Shown here one piece after another: positions 44,434-51,057 of a stretch of 51,057 nt of DNA; position 1 is the stretch's first letter; every line of letters starts with the position of its first letter. The position numbers and the translations under genes are program-made. The notes beneath the pieces were generated by a model. That model had not been told where the DNA came from and made no database searches. It worked only from the letters and a program-made list of their open reading frames with translations. Source of the DNA: Nanobdellota archaeon (GTDB lineage Archaea; Nanobdellota; Nanobdellia; Woesearchaeales; CAZZGN01); NCBI GenBank assembly GCA_051819665.1, contig JBNJDG010000007.1, positions 1 through 51,057 of the forward strand. The letters run 5' to 3'.

Positions 44434-46671
44434 CTATTTCCCTTTCAATCTATAGATCCTCCTTACTATGATCTCAAGGAGGATTATTATCAGAGCAGGC
44501 CAGAGGAAAAGTTCTTCCTTCCTCTCTTTTTTCATCACAGTCTTCTCGGCTTTTTCTTTAACATACTCAGACACTTTGTCCAGCTCATCCTCATCAAAGC
44601 TTTTTCCGCCGGCTGAGATGAAATCCTGCACAAATTCCTCGTTCATGCCCACCCTGCTTAGCTCCTTATGATAATTGACAGCATAATCCTTAGACATGAA
44701 CTCATACACGCCCTTCTCATGTTTGACTACACCTTTCTTGTACAGACCATCATCGATCTTCCTCGCATCCTCCGGAGCAGAAGAAGATTTTATCACTGCT
44801 TCTATCTCCTCACCGACTGTACCGTCAGGGATATCTACATAACTGTCCTTCTTCCTATGGGGATTCTCTATGGCCCAGTTCAATACTGTAGGTAGCATAT
44901 CAGGATTATTATGGTAGAGCCTGGATGCCCATTCACTGCCGTCATCCGTCGCAATGACTGCAACCCTGCCGAGGCCGAGCCTGCCGGCGACTATGAGAGG
45001 ATCATTGTAAGCGGTGGTGGCAAGCAGCTGTCCATAAGAGGCCGGCATGACCTGGTTAAAACCTGTTATATAAGAATCGAGCTCAAGGTCTTCCGTTATG
45101 AAATGCTCCTTAGGGAGGGACATCACGGGCCACTTCTTCTCCGGTCTGTCAAAGACAACTTCTATGGAATCACTGTCTTTAGGGCTGAAAAAATCCCCTT
45201 CTCCCGCATCCGCAATATATCTCATCTTCCTCTCATGGGAATCCTCGCCGATATTCACCGTATGAGTAAGGATACCTTTCTCTGCAGCCTCCCTGACATC
45301 ACCTATGTAATCCGAGATATGCTTATCCTTCCCGTCTGAGATTATTATTATGTTCCTGCTGCCTTCCCTCCCCTCAAGCATTGACGTGGCCATATCGATA
45401 GCTCCATCCATATTGGTTCCTCCGCCGGCCCTGATATCAGATATCTTGCTCTTCAATACAGAGGATTTTTTTACAAGATCAGAGATCTTCACTGGGTCGC
45501 TGTCAAAAGCCACCACACCTATCTCGTTCTCATCATCCACATCACTGATTATCTTATTGGCTATGTTCTTCTCCAGGCTTATCCCGGCAGATGTGCTTCC
45601 CGATTTGTCTATAAGGAGCACGACACTCACCTCTTTAGAAGGCTTCTCCTTCGCACCGCCTACCCTGACCGGTAGCAGGGTCTCAATATTTCCTTTGTAA
45701 CCGCCATAATCAAAAGATTCCTGACCTCCTATGAAAGTTATCCCATTACCTTCCTGTGCAAATCCGCTAAGCCTCTCTACATCAAGCTTATCCGAAGGCA
45801 TATCATTCACTACGACAGCAAGATAATCTTCAAGGTCAGAGGGTACATGATCCTTCGTGTCAAGATCGTAAAGTTCGGAAAGGACTTTCGTAAGAGGGGA
45901 GATCTCCTCTGTGATGAAAAGGACACGCGGTTTCTCGATCACGTCAACAGTCCTGTAAAATACATTATTCTCGGTTATGGCATCATCTTCTGTTATTTCA
46001 GCTTTCAGAACATGCTGTCCTCCGCCGAAATTCTTGGTTATGTTACCTCCGTAATAAGGCCTTCCGTCGAAGCTTATATCCACATCATCCATGTTCACAG
46101 CTTCCGTATTTACAGAATAATGATTATCCACTCCTTCCACTACCTTAGACGGACCTTCTATGGATATTGCAGCTTCATTCTCCTTAGCTTCCATCTCAAG
46201 CCTCGCAAGAGAGACATTCCTTCCCATCGCATTGAGGAGAGTCTCAGAGAGGTCCCTCTGTCCATTATTGTTTCCATCTGTGATGAGGAAAAGGTTCTTC
46301 TCGTTCAGGTTCCTGAATATGCTCTTCGCAATTGGCGAAGAATTTCCCCTGCCTATCTCCTTCACCTCGACAGGTAGATCTTCACTCAGTTTTCTTCTTA
46401 TGCTATCCTGATTTATATCATAAACATCCATCGAAGTAGAGTTATCATAAAGCATAGTCAGCTCTACCTCACCCGGCGTGCTATCTTCGGTTATCTCGTA
46501 AGGACCAGCCATGACAAAGAGAAGAAGTACAAGAACCAACATCCTTGAGATGAAAACAGCAGTCTTTTTCCTGAAAGAGGTCTTCCACGGATATTTTTTC
46601 CTGAAAATTATCATCATTGCAATGAATACAGGAACGATTATCCAGAATGCCCACGGATACAGAAAATTCAT
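44434..46671 (-). CDS. Membrane-anchored VWA protein with GATase-like region
   Basis: N-terminal TMs, DNSTSM, LIDKSGS MIDAS, GGGTN, IISDG, GLGRVAV, C-terminal TM. Confidence 0.85.
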   Translation of the reverse strand: MNFLYPWAFWIIVPVFIAMMIIFRKKYPWKTSFRKKTAVFISRMLVLVLLLFVMAGPYEITEDSTPGEVELTMLYDNSTSMDVYDINQDSIRRKLSEDLPVEVKEIGRGNSSPIAKSIFRNLNEKNLFLITDGNNNGQRDLSETLLNAMGRNVSLARLEMEAKENEAAISIEGPSKVVEGVDNHYSVNTEAVNMDDVDISFDGRPYYGGNITKNFGGGQHVLKAEITEDDAITENNVFYRTVDVIEKPRVLFITEEISPLTKVLSELYDLDTKDHVPSDLEDYLAVVVNDMPSDKLDVERLSGFAQEGNGITFIGGQESFDYGGYKGNIETLLPVRVGGAKEKPSKEVSVVLLIDKSGSTSAGISLEKNIANKIISDVDDENEIGVVAFDSDPVKISDLVKKSSVLKSKISDIRAGGGTNMDGAIDMATSMLEGREGSRNIIIISDGKDKHISDYIGDVREAAEKGILTHTVNIGEDSHERKMRYIADAGEGDFFSPKDSDSIEVVFDRPEKKWPVMSLPKEHFITEDLELDSYITGFNQVMPASYGQLLATTAYNDPLIVAGRLGLGRVAVIATDDGSEWASRLYHNNPDMLPTVLNWAIENPHRKKDSYVDIPDGTVGEEIEAVIKSSSAPEDARKIDDGLYKKGVVKHEKGVYEFMSKDYAVNYHKELSRVGMNEEFVQDFISAGGKSFDEDELDKVSEYVKEKAEKTVMKKERKEELFLWPALIIILLEIIVRRIYRLKGK

Positions 46672-48320
46672 AAGTCACCCCTCCTCCTGAGGAAGATTAT
46701 CTCTGATATCATAAAGATTATTGTCAAAGGGATCACAACGAGATTCAGATTGAACTCCCTCTCTTCAGTGGAGAGCCCTTTAAGCCCGCCTATCTCCTTC
46801 TCAATATCTTTTCCTCCCACCTTTGATTCCTCACTGTCAAGGAGATTGACCGCTACATCATCATGGAAGCCAGTCGTCTCATATTCACCTGTTTCCCTGT
46901 TTAGCTTATCAAAATCATTGAAAGATGACAGGAATTTTAATGACCTGTGCCAGAACAGGGGGAAACCAGCAGTGATCCTGAATTCATTGTTCTCTTCCGG
47001 AATCCCGTAATACATTACCTTACCGTCACCCTGCGACCAGTAAGATATCACTGGGTTTCCTGATGCGCTCACGATAGTAGCCGACGAATCTGATGGAGAT
47101 GTTTTCCTGAAATCCTTTATCCTCGGGAACACAAGATCCCTTGTTATAGAAGTGTCCATCTCTACTTCAGCAGTTGACTTATCAACCCTTCCTGCTTCGA
47201 ACGAAACCGGCAAAAAATCCTCCATAAGTTTCTGTGTCACAACGAGGGCTCCACCTTCCTGCACGTAAGCCTTTATGCTGTCCTTTATCTTTGTGAGAAG
47301 ATAACTCTCCTTCACCGAATCGATGACCACAACATCATGATCAATGCCAGGAAAACTCGGCGGGGAGACAACATCCAGGTCTATTGAAGGTGAAGAGGAG
47401 AAGAAATCATAAAGATAAGTGTCCTTATCATTCGTCAGGAGAAGCACATCAAGCTTCCTGTCCACAGGGATGTTTATATAGAACTCATCATCAGCAGGGA
47501 TATCGTCCTTCTCTTCTATAACTATCTTCCTTTTGCCCTTTTCAGGTTCAAGGCTTATCTTCTCGACAGAATCCGGCCTTATCTCAAGGGAATTCTCATT
47601 CACTGTGACAGTCTTACTCTCCTCACCGAAATTCTTCAGATAAAGGTCAAGGACATCATTATCATACTCATAATCTATAAAGCCCACGTTCTCATCATTA
47701 TTGTAACTCCTTACACCCACTTCGAAACCATCAGAATCCATCAGGTTAATATTGCCAACTACATCACCCTTGCTCTGGAAATCACTATAAACGATAATCC
47801 TTCCGTTCTCACCAGAAAGAGACTTAGCTTCCTCAAGGGCAGAGATCAGATCAGTCCCCATATGCGTCGGAGAAATATCAGATATCCGTTTCTTTGCCTT
47901 CTCACTGCTTTCGTTTATAATATATCTTGAAGGATAATCCCTCGCAAGGACTACCGAAGTCCGTCCTTCTACATCCCCTTTGGCATCTTTTATCATCTCA
48001 TTCATATTGCCTTCCATGCTTGCAGAGACATCCATGACCATGACCGTATGACCTGCTGTGACCTCCTTATCATAACTCACGAAAGGCAGCAGGAAAGCGA
48101 AGCAGATCAAAGCTATGATAATCAGATGGAAGATCATGAGGGGATCCCTGAAAAGCTTCCGGAAAAATGCATTCAACTTACTTTTCTTTTTCCGGTCCAT
48201 GAAAAACATCAGAGAAGGGATGGTCTTCTCTTTCGGTTTTGGCCTTATCAGATAGAATATCAGCACGATAAGAAGAGAGAGGAATACATAAAAACTGGGA
48301 TCTGCAATATCGAATCTCAT
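46668..48320 (-). CDS. BatA-type N-terminal anchor + VWA protein
   Basis: FYLIRPKPKEKTIPSLMF, VMDVSASM, IVYSDF, C-terminal TM ending RRRGDL. Confidence 0.85.
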   Translation of the reverse strand: MRFDIADPSFYVFLSLLIVLIFYLIRPKPKEKTIPSLMFFMDRKKKSKLNAFFRKLFRDPLMIFHLIIIALICFAFLLPFVSYDKEVTAGHTVMVMDVSASMEGNMNEMIKDAKGDVEGRTSVVLARDYPSRYIINESSEKAKKRISDISPTHMGTDLISALEEAKSLSGENGRIIVYSDFQSKGDVVGNINLMDSDGFEVGVRSYNNDENVGFIDYEYDNDVLDLYLKNFGEESKTVTVNENSLEIRPDSVEKISLEPEKGKRKIVIEEKDDIPADDEFYINIPVDRKLDVLLLTNDKDTYLYDFFSSSPSIDLDVVSPPSFPGIDHDVVVIDSVKESYLLTKIKDSIKAYVQEGGALVVTQKLMEDFLPVSFEAGRVDKSTAEVEMDTSITRDLVFPRIKDFRKTSPSDSSATIVSASGNPVISYWSQGDGKVMYYGIPEENNEFRITAGFPLFWHRSLKFLSSFNDFDKLNRETGEYETTGFHDDVAVNLLDSEESKVGGKDIEKEIGGLKGLSTEEREFNLNLVVIPLTIIFMISEIIFLRRRGDL

Positions 48321-49000
48321 TTTACCATCGAATAAACTCCTGTCACTATGAACCCTATGACTGCATTCATCACCAGAAGCACATGGGTCTCTGTTCCGCT
48401 GCTTTCAATATGAGGGAAGATGGTCATGAAGATTATGATCACTCCCAGGAGAGATGCCACTGCTGTATAATTCTTAAGGTAAGTGGTATAGAAATATGAC
48501 AAGGCTATGACTGCAACCGCAGGTGAAAGTACCAGGAACATCTCCTTAAAAGTCACACCCAGAGTCAGGCTCATCATTGCTATGAATAAGAGCGTGAGGA
48601 AAGAAAGAGCAGCAAACACCATGTTCGGTTTGAAGTTCAGTCTCTCTTCTTTCGTGACAAGGTTTACAGCATCATCCACTATCTTCTTCTTGTGGCCGAA
48701 ATTGATCAGAGCTTTCCTAATCTCATCCAGATGAAAGCCGTGGTCAAGCTGTTTCTTAAGATACTCAGATATCATCCCGCGAAGGTAGAGGTAAGTCTCA
48801 TCATCAAGCTCCTTCTCAGAATATTTTCTCGTGACAGTCTTCTTGGAATACTTAAGGCCTTTGCTTATCCTGTCCAGCTCTTCGTGGCTGTAGCCGTACT
48901 TGAGGAGACATCTTTTCACAGCTTCATAACTGTAGCCCTGCTCAAGATGGAACTTAATATATTTCCTCAGATGGTCTTCAATATACGAATCAAGGCTCAT
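48317..49000 (-). CDS. Hypothetical protein with two short helical repeats and four C-terminal TMs
   Basis: YIKFHLEQGYSYEAVKRCLLKYGY and YLKKQLDHGFHLDEIRKALINFGH repeats. Likely start MSLDS 49000; ATGA-coupled to the VWA genes. Confidence 0.7.
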   Translation of the reverse strand: MSLDSYIEDHLRKYIKFHLEQGYSYEAVKRCLLKYGYSHEELDRISKGLKYSKKTVTRKYSEKELDDETYLYLRGMISEYLKKQLDHGFHLDEIRKALINFGHKKKIVDDAVNLVTKEERLNFKPNMVFAALSFLTLLFIAMMSLTLGVTFKEMFLVLSPAVAVIALSYFYTTYLKNYTAVASLLGVIIIFMTIFPHIESSGTETHVLLVMNAVIGFIVTGVYSMVK

Positions 49001-49155
49001 ATATCCATATTCGGGTCTTTTATATAAATAGGTTTTGGTCTTTCCTATTGAGGGGGACATAAAATTTCCAACTACCCTTTGCTTTTCCCTTTCTATGTAC
49101 TTCATTGCCAAATATGCCAAAATATTTTTAAAGGATTTGTTATACTACCGGGGAT

Positions 49156-49548
49156 ATGCAGGAAAAAATGATTGAATGGCTAAGGAATTACCTTAAACAC
49201 AAGGATCTTCTGCAGAAGAAGCTCAAGGAGTTCAGGACAGAAGGGAACGTGCTGATTGCCGTCTACAAGGATAAGGAGAAGAGATACCTCGTCATGGAGA
49301 ACTTTGAAGAGAAAGACTTCTCCGGCCTTCACGGGATTGTCGTTCTCAATAAGGAAGATAACCTGAAGAAGATCATAAAGTCCTGGCCCAAGCTCATAAA
49401 ATATACCGGGCTGTGCCTGTATTCCATAAATCCTGACTCTACGACAGAACAGAAATGGGCAGTATTCCCATCAACACATCACCAGATAACAGGCTCCCTA
49501 AAGAAAGGACTGAGGTCTATGTTTGAGACTGTTGACCCTGTCCGCTAG
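49156..49548 (+). CDS. Hypothetical protein
   Basis: 130-aa ORF with ATG downstream of a TTTTTAAA element; no recognised motif. Confidence 0.65.
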   Translation: MQEKMIEWLRNYLKHKDLLQKKLKEFRTEGNVLIAVYKDKEKRYLVMENFEEKDFSGLHGIVVLNKEDNLKKIIKSWPKLIKYTGLCLYSINPDSTTEQKWAVFPSTHHQITGSLKKGLRSMFETVDPVR

Positions 49549-50920
49549 ATTTTTTCCTGGAAGTTTTCTTTGATTTCTTCTTGTCTTTAGAGGCGTTCTT
49601 CGCTTTTATCTTCGCATACTGGACAGGATTCTTGACCTTCCTGCAAAGATTATCCTCCTTACATACACCAATATTGGGATAATATCCTTCATTATCACAA
49701 TTAGGGGGCATGACTGTCTCTTTCCTCTGCTTATGATACTTCAGATGGGATTTCACATCTCCCTCCCTCAAAGTCTTCGGGTTATCCTCGTTCCACTGGA
49801 GGATCCTCTTCTCTATATCCTCATGACTCCATCCCACACTGCTGAGGAAATTGGTTAAAACAAAAAGGGCTCTTTTCCTGCCGTCCTCAAGGCCAACAAG
49901 TATGCTCTTTATGCACGGAGGAAAATACTCTTCAGGTATGGCCTCAGCAAGCTCGTCCACATCCATGCTCTTAGAGGAGGAGAACTTCTTCATCTCTTCA
50001 AGAGGAGCTTTATAGTATTCCTTATCAAACTCATCCTCATCAAAGGCATATGAGAAAGCCGCCTCGAAAAGGGAAGTCGCTTCAGCCTCCCTCGCCATGC
50101 CCACATCAAGGAACCTGTACTTGCTCACCCTGACATTCTCCGGTTTTGCAGCCAGTGTCCTGAATTCAAGGGCCTTATCGGGGTTTATCGGTACAGAAAC
50201 AAGGCCGGATTTCTCATTGAAAGAATAGACAGATCGGTAGAGGTGCCTGCTCGCTATAAGCACTGTATCAATATCCACGAAGGATCTCGGATTAAGTACC
50301 CTCTTACCGTCCTTCATCTTGGTTATCTTATTGAAGGTTATGCCTGTGAGCTCCTGGAGCTTCTCGAAACCATAAACAGAGAGAAGATGCTCTGATATCT
50401 TGTCCTCTATCCTGGCCCATATATAACCTGCCACTTTCCTTGCGGCTTCGGGGAAGAGCTTCTCTATAGGCGTACCATGGACCTCTGTCGGGAAACTCTC
50501 GAACGGAACACCTATATGAAAGCCGTGATTGCCCGAGAACTTACAACTCACCGCGTTGATGGAGTTATGCTTCAGGAACTCGACCGTGTACTTGGCCACC
50601 ACCTTGGAGATGTCGAGGATATCACAATCGATGTCAAGGACAAGGTCCCATCCCTTCCTAATCTCATCAAGCTCTTTCCGGCTCATGCCGGTGCTTATCT
50701 GAAGTGGATTCCTCCATCTCTCTTCAGAGAGGTGGAAAGAGGTTGCCTTCCTCTTCGCGAACTGGAGAACATCCTGGGGATAACTCAGGAGATCGGGCCT
50801 TTTCCCGAAACCTTTCATGAACTTGACAGCTACCTCCCTGCCAACAGCATTATAAAGGATCTCCTTCTGGATCTCGGGCCTTTTGTAATGCTTTAATAGC
50901 TTGCTGAGGCTTACTTCCAT
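49517..50920 (-). CDS. Fused archaeal DNA primase PriS-PriL (DPANN-type)
   Basis: PriS motifs GWDLVLDID, KFSGNHGFHI, HLYR; PriL Fe-S region FPPCI...PPNC...GVC..D.LC..VKNP. Confidence 0.9.
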   Translation of the reverse strand: MEVSLSKLLKHYKRPEIQKEILYNAVGREVAVKFMKGFGKRPDLLSYPQDVLQFAKRKATSFHLSEERWRNPLQISTGMSRKELDEIRKGWDLVLDIDCDILDISKVVAKYTVEFLKHNSINAVSCKFSGNHGFHIGVPFESFPTEVHGTPIEKLFPEAARKVAGYIWARIEDKISEHLLSVYGFEKLQELTGITFNKITKMKDGKRVLNPRSFVDIDTVLIASRHLYRSVYSFNEKSGLVSVPINPDKALEFRTLAAKPENVRVSKYRFLDVGMAREAEATSLFEAAFSYAFDEDEFDKEYYKAPLEEMKKFSSSKSMDVDELAEAIPEEYFPPCIKSILVGLEDGRKRALFVLTNFLSSVGWSHEDIEKRILQWNEDNPKTLREGDVKSHLKYHKQRKETVMPPNCDNEGYYPNIGVCKEDNLCRKVKNPVQYAKIKAKNASKDKKKSKKTSRKKSSGQGQQSQT

Positions 50921-51000
50921 ATCAGAGAGTAATAACTGTATGTTTATAAGGATTGTGGAAAGCCGCAGGAAATATATATCTCTTTATCTTACCACACAAT

Positions 51001-51057
51001 ATGTCAAGACAGACCATGCTGAGGAATGTGGATCAGATACTCGGTACAGGTAATGAG
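51001..51057 (+). CDS. Possible start of a gene running off the window end
   Basis: ATG at 51001, 19 open codons (MSRQTMLRNVDQILGTGNE), ATATATAT upstream. Confidence 0.3.
   Translation, partial: MSRQTMLRNVDQILGTGNE

Noticed and set aside
1..51057. CRISPR arrays, IS elements, prophage genes, rRNA
   Set aside because: No regularly spaced repeats, transposase, integrase, capsid or rRNA-like segments were recognised by eye; intergenic gaps are all under about 200 nt

Overview
AT-rich, densely coding archaeal chromosome segment, most likely from a DPANN (Woesearchaeota-like) genome. The assignment rests on a fused PriS-PriL primase, an A1-U72 tRNA-Gln without encoded CCA, and TATA-type promoters. 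From left to right it carries: (1) an arsenic-resistance operon (arsR, arsM, ArsE/ArsP/ArsF/ArsG-like genes, two Cys-tailed YlbF-like proteins), directly preceded by a co-oriented lipoate module (DsbD/glutaredoxin fusion, GcvH-like carrier, lipA, split lipoate ligase, lipoprotein); (2) tRNA-Gln, an HNH nuclease and a DEAD-box helicase; (3) a ~20 kb minus-strand chemosensory and two-component supercluster; (4) housekeeping and membrane genes (B12 radical SAM, thyA-folA, an output-less Cache-HAMP sensor with an unannotated 54-aa partner, PspC fusion, MATE, SPFH, MFS, encapsulin-type ferritin, VWA pair, primase). The supercluster holds cheY x2, cheB, cheA, a novel CheC-like protein, cheC x2, cheD, cheR, an MCP, cheW, cheV, a six-PAS protein, two histidine kinases, a receiver and Zn-finger proteins, with no cheF or archaellum genes in the window. 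It is the best candidate for an undescribed system: it is headed by a glucokinase homologue with intact sugar-binding but degenerate ATP-binding motifs, and it embeds a BHMT-like methyltransferase beside cheR. All calls come from motif recognition by eye; no searches were run.
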